Below, piece after piece: positions 19,308-27,872 of a stretch of 64,000 nt of DNA. The position numbers and the translations under genes are program-made. Location of the stretch: contig CAYLUX010000001.1 in assembly GCA_964386935.1 (NCBI GenBank), forward strand, positions 23,386 through 87,385, in the 5' to 3' direction. Below the pieces are notes generated by a model. That model had not been told where the DNA came from, made no database searches, and worked only from the letters and a program-made list of their open reading frames with translations. Origin of the DNA: an uncultured Janibacter sp. (GTDB taxonomy: Bacteria > Actinomycetota > Actinomycetes > Actinomycetales > Dermatophilaceae). Position 1 is the first letter of the stretch, and every line of letters starts with the position of its first letter.

Positions 19308-20119
19308 GGGCAGGTGCTCCTTGATCTGAGGTGGTCCAGGGCGAGCGAGAGTCCCAGCACCAGACCGTGGCCGGACGTGTGACCGATGTGGGTCAGGTCG
19401 GCCACCGCGGCGGGGACCTCGTCGGGCCGGGCGGTGAGGGCGTCCAGCAGGTGTGCGAACTGGGGCACGGTCTCCCCGTGCAGTGCTCGACGCAGCAGCG
19501 TCGCCGAGAGGGAGGTGGTGCGTGTCCCGGCGGCGGCGAGCACCCTCCGGCCGAAGGGGGCCGCGCACGGGTGTCGTGCGGCGACGACGGTGGCGAGCCA
19601 ACCGCTCAGGACGTCGTCACCGAGCGGCGTGAGTCCGCTGCCGAGGCCGAGCAGGGCATCGACCGCGCGCACGTCCGCGTCCGCGAGGTCCTGCAGTGCC
19701 GCGGTGGGCAGCTCGGTCCGGATCTCGCTGCCCGCCGCCGGAGCCGACTCGAGGCGGAAGAGCATCCGGGGGGCCTCCTCGGGGTCGATCACCGTCGCGA
19801 CGCGACTGCTGATGCGTCCCACGCGGACCCGTGCCCCGGTGAAGTGGAGCGCTCCGCCGTCGATCGTGACGGTGCTGCCGGGGGCAGGAGGGCGTCCGTC
19901 GAGGGCGAGCCGGCCGGTGTCGGTCAGGGTCGTGTGCAGCCCGCACGGCACCAGGACCGCTCGTCGCGACAGCACGGCGACGACCTCCTTGCCGAGGTCG
20001 AGGTAGACCGCGTCCGGCCCGGAGTGGAGCACGGGCACCTGCGTGGGCCCCTCGGCGAGGAGCTCCCGGATCCACCGGGGACCGGCGGCGGAGACGTCGG
20101 TGCGGACCGCCGTGGTCAC
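19304..20119 (-). CDS. DUF2877 protein, YlbF/AllH-like
   Basis: GTG start, 271 aa. Contains 'LLGLGSGLTPLGDDVLSGWL' and 'IGHTSGHG'. First gene of a ylbF-fdrA-ylbE-type operon. Confidence 0.75.
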   Translation of the reverse strand: MTTAVRTDVSAAGPRWIRELLAEGPTQVPVLHSGPDAVYLDLGKEVVAVLSRRAVLVPCGLHTTLTDTGRLALDGRPPAPGSTVTIDGGALHFTGARVRVGRISSRVATVIDPEEAPRMLFRLESAPAAGSEIRTELPTAALQDLADADVRAVDALLGLGSGLTPLGDDVLSGWLATVVAARHPCAAPFGRRVLAAAGTRTTSLSATLLRRALHGETVPQFAHLLDALTARPDEVPAAVADLTHIGHTSGHGLVLGLSLALDHLRSRSTCP

Positions 20120-20218
20120 GACATCGTTCCCGTGGTCATATGTGGACCGTAGCGGCTGCTGTTAGCCTTGTTTAAGGCAAGAAATGACAATCATTCCCCG
20201 CAGAATTGACAGACTTTC
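20120..20218. promoter_or_regulatory. divergent control region between the DUF2877-fdrA-DUF1116 operon and pucR
   Basis: 99-bp stretch, clearly AT-richer than its surroundings. Palindrome GCCTT-GTTT-AAGGC (20165-20178) and a TGATT-N8-TTGCC element on the minus strand (20193-20176). Confidence 0.5.
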
Positions 20219-21874
20219 ATGAACCATGGGTACCGGGTCCCCCTTCGTGACGTCCTGGAGGTCGATGCCCTCGCGGACACGTCGGTGCTGGCGGGCCGTT
20301 CCGGTCTGGACCGGGTCGTGACGCGGCTGAACGTCATGGAGGTGCCCGACATCGTCGACTGGGTGGGCCCGCACGCCCTTCTGGTCACGGCCGGGTTCCC
20401 GCTCGTCGGGCTCGACGAGGAACGGTTCATCGACCTGATCCGGGGCCTCGACGAGCGAGAGGTCACGGCGCTGGGGATCAAGGTCGGCCGATATCTCGAC
20501 GAGATCCCCCCGAGCGTCCTCGAGGTCGCGGACGAGCTCGGGTTCCCCCTGCTGGCGCTCTCGGCGGATCTCGCCTTCGAGGACCTCCTCGAGGAGGTCC
20601 ACGTGCGTCTCACGGAGGTCCAGCAGGGAGTCCTGGAGCGCACGGATGCCCTGCACGCGGCGCTGGAGGGCCTGGTCCTCGAGGGGGCCGGTCTCGAGGA
20701 GATCGCTACCCGGATCGCCGAGGTGCTGGGGATCGGTGTCCTCGTGACGACGGTGGACGGACGTGAGCTGGCGGGGGCCCTGGCCGATGACATGCGCGAG
20801 ATCCTCGCGGGGGAGGACCTGTCCGACCCCACCGGTCGGATCCGGGTGGAGCGACTGCGGGTGCGACCGATGAGGGTCGGGGGCGGGCAGGTGCTGGTCC
20901 AGCCGGTGGTCGCCGCGAACAGCGACCTGGCGCGTCTCGTCGCCTTCGACCCGCACCGGGTGATCCCCAAGGACGACGTGTACGCCCTGCAGCGGGCGTC
21001 GGCGGTGGCCGCCCTCCTCATCTCCCAGCAGCAGGCCGTCAGCGCCGTGGAGTCGAAGTACCGGGGTGACTTCCTCCGGGACGTCCTCAGCGACCGGGCC
21101 GGCGACGAGGGCCGGGTGAGGGACTACGCGGCCGGGCTGGGGTGGAGCATCGATCTGCCGGTGATGGTGGTGACGGCGCGGCTCGACCCACCGGACAAGG
21201 GCTCGTCACCGGAGGGCAACCCGAGGGAGTGGCGCGAGCGCTTCTTCCAGGCGTGGAAGAAGGTCGTGGCCTCCCGCGGCCCCGAGCACCCCACGGCCGA
21301 CTTCTTCGACGAGGTCGTCAGCATCCTCTCCGCGCCGGAGCACCTGCGCGACCAGCCCAAGGCGGCGACGGAGCACCTCCAGGGGCAGGTCGCCGACATC
21401 GTCAGCGAGGTGGCGGGGGACCGGGGCGGGAGCCGGCGGCCCTTCTCCGTCGGTACCAGTCGGCTGGTGCGAGTCTGGGACGGGTTGCCCGCCGCCTACC
21501 GGCAGGCGCGGCGGGCCAACGAGGTCGGCTACCGGTTCACGGGAGGCAGCGGCACCTCGCACTTCGACGACCTGGGCATCCACCGCCTCATCGGGCTGAT
21601 CCCCGACCGGGGGGAGATGGAGGCCTTCGCCGAGGACGTCCTGGGCGAGCTGGCCGGTGAGGGGCCCGAGGTGGAGGGGCTGCGCGACACCCTGCAGGTG
21701 CTTCTCGACGCCAATCTCAACGTGGCGGAGGCCTCCCGGATCCAGTACGTCCACTACAACACGATGCGTTACCGGATCACGAAGCTCGAGCAGCTGCTCG
21801 GGTCCTTCACGACGGATCCCGCCCTGCGTCTGAACCTCGCGGTGGCGCTCCAGGTGCGCAGGATCCAGCTCTGA
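20219..21874 (+). CDS. PucR-family transcriptional regulator
   Basis: 551 aa. N-terminal PucR-type domain ('LRDVLEVDALADTSVLAGRSGLDRVVTRLNVMEVPD') and C-terminal HTH ('AEASRIQYVHYNTMRYRITKLEQLLG'). Confidence 0.85.
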   Translation: MNHGYRVPLRDVLEVDALADTSVLAGRSGLDRVVTRLNVMEVPDIVDWVGPHALLVTAGFPLVGLDEERFIDLIRGLDEREVTALGIKVGRYLDEIPPSVLEVADELGFPLLALSADLAFEDLLEEVHVRLTEVQQGVLERTDALHAALEGLVLEGAGLEEIATRIAEVLGIGVLVTTVDGRELAGALADDMREILAGEDLSDPTGRIRVERLRVRPMRVGGGQVLVQPVVAANSDLARLVAFDPHRVIPKDDVYALQRASAVAALLISQQQAVSAVESKYRGDFLRDVLSDRAGDEGRVRDYAAGLGWSIDLPVMVVTARLDPPDKGSSPEGNPREWRERFFQAWKKVVASRGPEHPTADFFDEVVSILSAPEHLRDQPKAATEHLQGQVADIVSEVAGDRGGSRRPFSVGTSRLVRVWDGLPAAYRQARRANEVGYRFTGGSGTSHFDDLGIHRLIGLIPDRGEMEAFAEDVLGELAGEGPEVEGLRDTLQVLLDANLNVAEASRIQYVHYNTMRYRITKLEQLLGSFTTDPALRLNLAVALQVRRIQL

Positions 21875-21946
21875 GGCACGTCGTCGCCCGAGCAACGGGG
21901 GCGGTCGCGGACGAGGGTCATGTTTGCCATCGCCCAACGGGGTCTT

Positions 21947-22002
21947 CTGGCAGCACTTGCCAGTGAGGCTGGTGTGACGTGAGACATAGGCTCGTGTCTC
22001 AC
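21947..22002 (+). promoter_or_regulatory. two inverted repeats upstream of the nucleobase permease
   Basis: CTGGCA-GCACT-TGCCAG (21947-21963) and GTGAGACA-N8-TGTCTCAC (21979-22002), just upstream of the AGGAG RBS. They may be operators or leader hairpins. Confidence 0.4.
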
Positions 22003-22023
22003 CTCGGCACCTAGGAGCTTTCA

Positions 22024-23412
22024 ATGGCGAACATGTTCAGGTGGACAGAAGTACATGGGGGAAAGACGCCGCCTCCGGGCGAGTCGGTGGGTCCTCATGA
22101 ACGAATGAGCTGGGGGCGCACGATCGGGATCGGCGCCCAGCACGTGGTCGCGATGTTCGGCGCCACGTTCGTCTTCCCCGTCATCATGGGCCTGGATCCC
22201 AACCTGGCGATCCTCTTCTCCGGGTTGATGACGATCCTCTTCCTCATCATCGTCAAGAACTGGGTGCCCAGCTACCTGGGCACGAGCGCCGCCTTCGTCG
22301 CCGTCGTGATCGCCATCCGCTCCCAGGGCGGGGACTCCTCGGACGTCACCGGAGCGATCCTGGCCGCGGGTGCCGTCCTTGCCCTGGTCGGTGTCGGCGT
22401 CCACTTCGCCGGTCCTCGGCTCCTGAAGAAGGTGCTCCCCCCGGCCGTGACCGGCGGGGTGGTCATGCTCATCGGCTTCAACCTCGCGCCGGTCGTGGCG
22501 GACACGTACTGGCCCCAGGACCAGTGGATCGCGATCCTGACGACGCTCTTCCTCGTCGTCGGCGCCGTGCTCTTCCCCGGCTTCTGGGCGCGGATCGCGG
22601 TGTTCCTGGGTCTCCTGTTCGGCTTCCTCCTCTCGTGGCTCGCCGACGTCACCCTGGGGCCGATCACGTCGGTGACACCGACCAGCAACGGCGAGGCCGT
22701 CCCCCACGACCGGGTGAGCTTCGCCGGGATCGGCGACGCCTCGTGGTTCGGTCTCCCCAGCGGCGATCTCGCCGACGGTGTCGCCGCCGTCCACGGGCCG
22801 AGCTTCTCGCTGACCTTCATCCTGCTGGCGCTCCCCGGTGTCATCGCCCTCATCGCCGAGAACACCGGCCACGTGCGGGCCATCGCGGAGATGACTGGTG
22901 ACGACCTCGATCCCTACATGGGCCGGGCCCTCGGGGCCGACGGTCTGGCCACGGTCCTCGCCAGCTCGGTCGGAGCCTCACCCACGACGACCTATGCAGA
23001 AAACATCGGCGTCATGTCGGCCACCCGCATCTACTCGACGGCGGCCTACTACGTGGCGGCCATCGTGGCGATCATCCTGGGGCTGGTGCCGAAGTTCGGC
23101 GTCATCATCAACGCCATCCCCGGGGGCGTCCTCGGCGGGATCACCGTCGTGCTCTACGGGATGATCGGCCTGATCGGCGCCAAGATCTGGGTGGACAACC
23201 ACGTCGACTTCGGCAGTCCGAAGAACATCGTCCCGCTGGCCGCCGGCCTCATCGTCGGGATCGGTGACGTGACGTTGGAGATCACGGACGACTTCCAGCT
23301 GGGTGGCATCGCCTTCGGCACGATCCTCCTGCTCGTGCTCTACCACCTCGTCAACCGTAGTGACACTCCCACCAACGAGCCCAGTGACGAAACGGATCTG
23401 ACCTACACGTGA
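22024..23412 (+). CDS. NCS2-family nucleobase:cation symporter, uracil/pyrimidine (UraA/RutG) branch
   Basis: AGGAG (22013-22017) lies 6 nt before the ATG. Contains 'GAQHVVAMFGATFVFPVIMGLDPN' and the NCS2 signature 'TTYAENIGVMSATRIYS' (ENxGxxxxTR, as in UraA rather than the QN form of xanthine permeases). Confidence 0.85.
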   Translation: MANMFRWTEVHGGKTPPPGESVGPHERMSWGRTIGIGAQHVVAMFGATFVFPVIMGLDPNLAILFSGLMTILFLIIVKNWVPSYLGTSAAFVAVVIAIRSQGGDSSDVTGAILAAGAVLALVGVGVHFAGPRLLKKVLPPAVTGGVVMLIGFNLAPVVADTYWPQDQWIAILTTLFLVVGAVLFPGFWARIAVFLGLLFGFLLSWLADVTLGPITSVTPTSNGEAVPHDRVSFAGIGDASWFGLPSGDLADGVAAVHGPSFSLTFILLALPGVIALIAENTGHVRAIAEMTGDDLDPYMGRALGADGLATVLASSVGASPTTTYAENIGVMSATRIYSTAAYYVAAIVAIILGLVPKFGVIINAIPGGVLGGITVVLYGMIGLIGAKIWVDNHVDFGSPKNIVPLAAGLIVGIGDVTLEITDDFQLGGIAFGTILLLVLYHLVNRSDTPTNEPSDETDLTYT

Positions 23413-24296
23413 AACCCGCTCCCTTCCGCTACGAACGTCCGACGAACCTGGCCGGGGCCCTGGCCGTCCGGGCCTCGGAGCCCGAGGCGAAGGTCCTCGC
23501 AGGTGGGCAGAGCCTGATCCCCCTGATGTCGATGCGGCTCAGCACCGTCCCGGTGCTCATCGACATCAACGGGCTCGAAGAGCTCTCCCGCATCACGGTG
23601 GACCAGTCCGGGGTCCGGTTCGGCGCCATCGTGCGGCACAGCGAGCTGCTGGCGCACGAGGAGGCGAGGAAGGTCCAGCCCCTCCTCGCGGCCGCCCTCG
23701 AGCACGTCGCCCACGCGACCATCCGCAACCGGGGGACGAGCGTCGGCTCGATCGCGCATGCCGACGCCTCCGGGGAGATGCCGATGATCCTCTGCCTCAC
23801 CGGCGGCAGCCTGACCGTCGCGTCGACGCGGGGCCGGCGGGAGATCCCGGCCCAAGACCTGTTCGTCGGGGCCATGGAGACCAGCCTCGAGCCGGACGAG
23901 ATCGCGATCGAGGCTTTCGCGCCGGCGCTCGCGGCACGCAGCGGGATCGCCTACGACGAGGTCGCCCGTCGACACGGTGACTACGCCCTCTGCGGTGTGG
24001 GCGCCGTGGTCACCCACGACGAGGAGGGCCGGATCGAGCACGCCCGGGCGGGGTTCGTGTCGGTCTCGGAGGTTCCCGAGGTCGTCGACCTCACCGAGTG
24101 CTTCCCGCGGGGAGAGCTGAGCGAAGGGAGCCTGGCGGATGCCGGCGACCACGCCCTGAGCCGGCTCGACCCGGAGTCCGACATCCACGCCACGGCCGAC
24201 TACCGGGCGCAGCTCGCGCGCACGCTCACCGTCAGGGTGCTGCGCGCCGCCGACGAGGACGCCCGCGCCCGGACGATCCGGAAGGAGAGGGTCTGA
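23409..24296 (+). CDS. molybdenum hydroxylase FAD-binding medium subunit (CoxM/CutM type)
   Basis: GTGA overlap with the permease stop. Contains 'VLAGGQSLIPLMSMRL' and 'IRNRGTSVGSIAHADA'. Confidence 0.85.
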   Translation: MKPAPFRYERPTNLAGALAVRASEPEAKVLAGGQSLIPLMSMRLSTVPVLIDINGLEELSRITVDQSGVRFGAIVRHSELLAHEEARKVQPLLAAALEHVAHATIRNRGTSVGSIAHADASGEMPMILCLTGGSLTVASTRGRREIPAQDLFVGAMETSLEPDEIAIEAFAPALAARSGIAYDEVARRHGDYALCGVGAVVTHDEEGRIEHARAGFVSVSEVPEVVDLTECFPRGELSEGSLADAGDHALSRLDPESDIHATADYRAQLARTLTVRVLRAADEDARARTIRKERV

Positions 24297-24298
24297 CC

Positions 24299-24805
24299 AT
24301 GGAGGATCCCGCTGCAGAGGAGACCGTGTCGATCCAGTTGCGGGTCAACGGCATCACCCACACCATCGAGGCGCCGCCACGACGACTGCTGAGCGACGCC
24401 CTCCGCCACGACCTCGGCCTCACCGGCACGCACGTGGGGTGCGAGCACGGGGTCTGCGGGGCCTGCACCATCCTCGTCGACGGTTCTCCCATGCGCTCCT
24501 GCCTGATGTTCGCCGTCAGTGCCGCGCACCACGAGCTGACCACGGTGGAGGGGCTGGCGTGCAGGGACGGGCGGCTGAGCCCGACGCAGCAGGCCTTCAA
24601 GGAGTGCCACGGGCTGCAGTGCGGCTTCTGCACGCCCGGGTTCCTCACGACCATCAGCGCCGGGATCAGGGACAACCCGGACCCGGACCGCCAGGAGGCG
24701 CAGGACATGATCGCCGGCAACCTCTGCCGGTGTACCGGGTACCAGAACATCGTCGCATCGGTCCTGCGGGCGGCTGAGATCCAGCGGGAGGAGGACAGGC
24801 GATGA
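24299..24805 (+). CDS. molybdenum hydroxylase [2Fe-2S] small subunit (CoxS/CutS type)
   Basis: ATG 24299. Cluster motifs 'GCEHGVCGACTILVDG' and 'QCGFCTPGF ... CRCTGY'. Confidence 0.9.
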   Translation: MEDPAAEETVSIQLRVNGITHTIEAPPRRLLSDALRHDLGLTGTHVGCEHGVCGACTILVDGSPMRSCLMFAVSAAHHELTTVEGLACRDGRLSPTQQAFKECHGLQCGFCTPGFLTTISAGIRDNPDPDRQEAQDMIAGNLCRCTGYQNIVASVLRAAEIQREEDRR

Positions 24806-27225
24806 CCACGAGGATGATGGGTGAGCCGGTCGCCCGGGTCGAGGACGATCGCTTCGTCACGGGTCAGGGCCGCTACACCGACGACGTCGTGCCGGGCGCC
24901 CTCGAGGCGGCGGTGCTGCGCAGCCCGCACGCGCACGCGCGCATCGTCGACATCGAGGTCGAGGCCGTCCTGGAGATCCAGGGCGTGCACGCCGTCTACA
25001 CCTACGAGGACCTCACGGGTCCGATGGCCGAGCCGCTGCCGCTGCTCATCCCACACCCCGCCCTGACCGAGGGGCGCACCCAGTACGCGCTGGCGAAGGA
25101 CGAGGTCAACTACGTCGGCGAGGCGGTGGCCTTCGTCGTCGCCGACAACCGCTACATCGCCGAGGACGCACTGGACTGCATCGAGGTGGAGTACGAGCTC
25201 CTCGAGCCGGTGGTGGGGATCCCCGCGGCCAGGGAGGCGAGCACCCTCGTCCACGACGACGTCCCGGGCAACAGGGCGGCGATGTTGCAGCAGTCCTTCG
25301 GCGACGCGGACGCCGCGATCGAGGCGGCGCCCCACCGGCTGGAGCTCGACCTGAGCATCGAGCGCAGCGCGTCCACCCCTCTGGAGGGGCGCGGGACGGT
25401 CGCGCGCTGGGATGCCGACCTGAACCGGATGACGGTGTGGACCTCGACGCAGACGTCCACGGGGGTGCGTGCCGCGGTCGCGGCCAAGCTCGGCCTCGGC
25501 CTCGGTCAGGTCGACGTGGTCACGCCGGACGTCGGGGGAGGTTTCGGCGTCAAGATCATGCACCCGTGGCCCGAGGAGCTCCTCGTCCCCCTGGCGGCCG
25601 CGGCGCTGGGCCGCCCGGTGAAGTTCACCGAGGACCGACGTGAGCACTTCATCTCGGCCGCGCACGAACGCGGCCAGGAGCACCACATCGAGGTCGGCTT
25701 CGACGACGACGGGCGGATGCAGGGTCTGTCGGTGCACTTCTGGCACGACAACGGCGCCTACACCCCGTACGGGCTGATCGTCCCCATCATCACCTCGACG
25801 CAGCTGCTCGGCCCGTACAAGCCACCGAACTACTCGGTGACCTTCGAGAGCCTCTACACCAACACCGTGATCGTCACCCCCTACCGGGGAGCCGGCCGGC
25901 CCCAGGGCGTCTACGCGATGGAGCGCACGATGGACGCGATCGCCGCCCACCTCGGCCTGGACCGCACGGCGGTCCGCGAGGCGAACTTCATCCAGCCCGA
26001 CGAGTTCCCCTACGCCCAGGGCGACCTGATCTTCCAGGACGGGAGACCCCTGGTCTACGACTCCGGCGACTACCCGGGGTTGATGACCAAGGCCAAGGAC
26101 CTCATCCGCTGGTCGGACTTCGAGTCCTACCGGGAGGAGGCGCGGGCCGCCGGGCGCAGGGTCGGTATCGGCATCGCCTGCTACGTCGAGGGCACCGGGG
26201 TGGGACCGTACGAAGGGGGCCACGTCCAGATCGAGACCAGCGGCAAGGTCAAGGTCTCCACCGGGCTCACCACGCAGGGGCAGGGACACCAGACCGCCTT
26301 CGCCCAGATCGTCGCCGACGAGCTGGGGGTCCCCTTCGAGGACGTCGAGGTCGTCACGGGCGACACCAGGCGCTCCCCGTACTCCGTCGGCACCTTCGCC
26401 TCCCGCGCCGCGGTGATGAGCGGGTCCGCCATCGCCCTCGCGGCACGCAACGTGCGGGAGAAGGCGCTTCGCCTCGCATCGGACGCGCTCGAGGCCGATG
26501 TGGAGGACCTCGAGATCGACGACGGCATCGTCCACGTCAAGGGCGCCCCGCAGAGCCAGATCGCGCTCGGGACGCTGTCCGTGCTCTCGAACCCGCTTCG
26601 TTACGCCTTCGACGAGGCCTCCCGCGCGGCAACGCAGTTCGTCGTGGGGGACGCGACCAAGCCACCCGTCGCCGACGACGACGAGCCCGGGCTGGAGGGC
26701 AAGGACTACTACTCGCCGATGGGCTCGACATTCGCCAGCGGGATCCACGCCGTGGTCGTCGAGACCGACCCGGACACGGCGGAGATCAGCATCCTGGAGT
26801 ACGCCGTGGTCCACGACTGCGGGACCCTGATCAACCCCCGGATCGTCGAGGGCCAGATCCATGGCGGGGTCGCCCAGGGTGTCGGGGGAGCGCTCTACGA
26901 GCGGATGGCCTACGACGAGCACGGGCAGCTGCAGAACGCCTCCTTCATGGACTTCCTCATGCCCTACGTCACGGAAGTCCCCGACGGGATCTCGATCGAC
27001 CACCAGGAGACGCCCTCCACGATGAACCCGTTGGGGCTCAAGGGCGCCGGGGAGGCCGGGGTGATCCCGGTGTCGGCCGCGCTCGCCTCCGCCATCGAGG
27101 ACGCCGAGGGCTTCCCGATCACCGCCATGCCGATATCGCCCTCCGAGCTGTATGCACTCCGGGACACCCACCGGAGCGCACGCGACACCGGGCGCAGTCA
27201 CGACGTCGAAAGGACCTCCAAGTGA
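24802..27225 (+). CDS. molybdopterin-binding large subunit (CoxL/CutL type, form-II-like)
   Basis: ATGA overlap. Contains 'RVEDDRFVTGQGRYTDD'. The active-site loop is 'TPYRGAGRPQG', not the CO-dehydrogenase 'AYRCSFR'. Also 'GLKGAGEAG', the catalytic Glu region. Confidence 0.9.
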   Translation: MTTRMMGEPVARVEDDRFVTGQGRYTDDVVPGALEAAVLRSPHAHARIVDIEVEAVLEIQGVHAVYTYEDLTGPMAEPLPLLIPHPALTEGRTQYALAKDEVNYVGEAVAFVVADNRYIAEDALDCIEVEYELLEPVVGIPAAREASTLVHDDVPGNRAAMLQQSFGDADAAIEAAPHRLELDLSIERSASTPLEGRGTVARWDADLNRMTVWTSTQTSTGVRAAVAAKLGLGLGQVDVVTPDVGGGFGVKIMHPWPEELLVPLAAAALGRPVKFTEDRREHFISAAHERGQEHHIEVGFDDDGRMQGLSVHFWHDNGAYTPYGLIVPIITSTQLLGPYKPPNYSVTFESLYTNTVIVTPYRGAGRPQGVYAMERTMDAIAAHLGLDRTAVREANFIQPDEFPYAQGDLIFQDGRPLVYDSGDYPGLMTKAKDLIRWSDFESYREEARAAGRRVGIGIACYVEGTGVGPYEGGHVQIETSGKVKVSTGLTTQGQGHQTAFAQIVADELGVPFEDVEVVTGDTRRSPYSVGTFASRAAVMSGSAIALAARNVREKALRLASDALEADVEDLEIDDGIVHVKGAPQSQIALGTLSVLSNPLRYAFDEASRAATQFVVGDATKPPVADDDEPGLEGKDYYSPMGSTFASGIHAVVVETDPDTAEISILEYAVVHDCGTLINPRIVEGQIHGGVAQGVGGALYERMAYDEHGQLQNASFMDFLMPYVTEVPDGISIDHQETPSTMNPLGLKGAGEAGVIPVSAALASAIEDAEGFPITAMPISPSELYALRDTHRSARDTGRSHDVERTSK

Positions 27226-27860
27226 AGCTCTCCGGATCCACCCACCTCGCCGCACCTCCCGAGGACGTCTGGGATGCGCTGCTGAACCCCGATGTCCTCA
27301 CCAGGACCATCCCCGGATGCGAACGGCTGGAGCCGACCGGGGAGAACACCTACGACCTGACCGTGACGGCCGGCGTGGCCTCCATCAAGGGCACCTACAA
27401 GGGGGCCGTGGAGCTCGAGGACCTGGTACCGCACCAGTCGCTGACGATGCGCGTCGACGGGGCCGGCTCGGCCGGCACCATCGGCGTCACCGTGCGGGTG
27501 CGCTTCGAGCCGGGCGAAGGGGGGACCACCGACCTGAGCTATGACGCGGACGCGGTCGTCGGCGGGATGATCGGCGGTGTCGGCCAACGGATGCTGACCT
27601 CGGTGAGCAAGCGGATGGCCGGCCAGTTCTTCGGGGCCGTCAACGACGTGCTGACCGGCGTGGCCGTGCCTGCAGCCGCACCGGGGGTGCCGGCGCAGGC
27701 GGCAGCAGCCGGTGCCGGAGTGCCCGCTCCCGTGGCCGGTGCCGGCTTCGCCCCACAGGCCGGTTCCTCGACCCAGGACCTCGTCAAGGGCGCCCTCGTC
27801 GGTGGGGCCCTCGTCCTGGCGGGTGTGCTCGCGGGGGCACTCGCCGGACGTCGCCGCTGA
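27222..27860 (+). CDS. CoxG-like SRPBCC protein with C-terminal membrane anchor
   Basis: GTGA overlap. Starts 'MKLSGSTHLAAPPEDVWDALLNPDVL'. An A/P/G-rich linker is followed by the hydrophobic tail 'LVGGALVLAGVLAGALAGRRR'. Confidence 0.8.
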   Translation: MKLSGSTHLAAPPEDVWDALLNPDVLTRTIPGCERLEPTGENTYDLTVTAGVASIKGTYKGAVELEDLVPHQSLTMRVDGAGSAGTIGVTVRVRFEPGEGGTTDLSYDADAVVGGMIGGVGQRMLTSVSKRMAGQFFGAVNDVLTGVAVPAAAPGVPAQAAAAGAGVPAPVAGAGFAPQAGSSTQDLVKGALVGGALVLAGVLAGALAGRRR

Positions 27861-27872
27861 GGAGGGTGTGCC

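Noticed and set aside
20206-20211. A perfect TTGACA hexamer just upstream of pucR, considered as its -35 element.
   Set aside because: It lies only 7 nt before the ATG at 20219, which is too close to serve as the -35 of this gene unless the real start is well downstream. 'MNHGYRVPLRDVLEV' looks like a genuine PucR N-terminus.
24232-27255. A very long minus-strand ORF (1007 aa) opposite the Mo-hydroxylase genes. Similar giants include 14805..17474 (889 aa), 13910..16054, 15646..17865, 10027..11802, 37065..39041, 55481..57535, 57249..59516, 42599..44263 and 43540..45303.
   Set aside because: Their translations are R/P/G/A/H-rich low-complexity strings with no recognisable motifs. Each lies antisense to, or out of frame with, a gene carrying clear family signatures. 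Long stop-free shadow ORFs of this kind are expected in very GC-rich DNA.
23409-27860. Reading the CoxM/S/L/G genes as aerobic carbon monoxide dehydrogenase.
   Set aside because: The large subunit has 'YRGAGR' instead of the CODH form-I loop 'YRCSFR'. No coxD/E/F-type accessory genes follow. The context (nucleobase permease, PucR, amidohydrolases) points to N-heterocycle hydroxylation.
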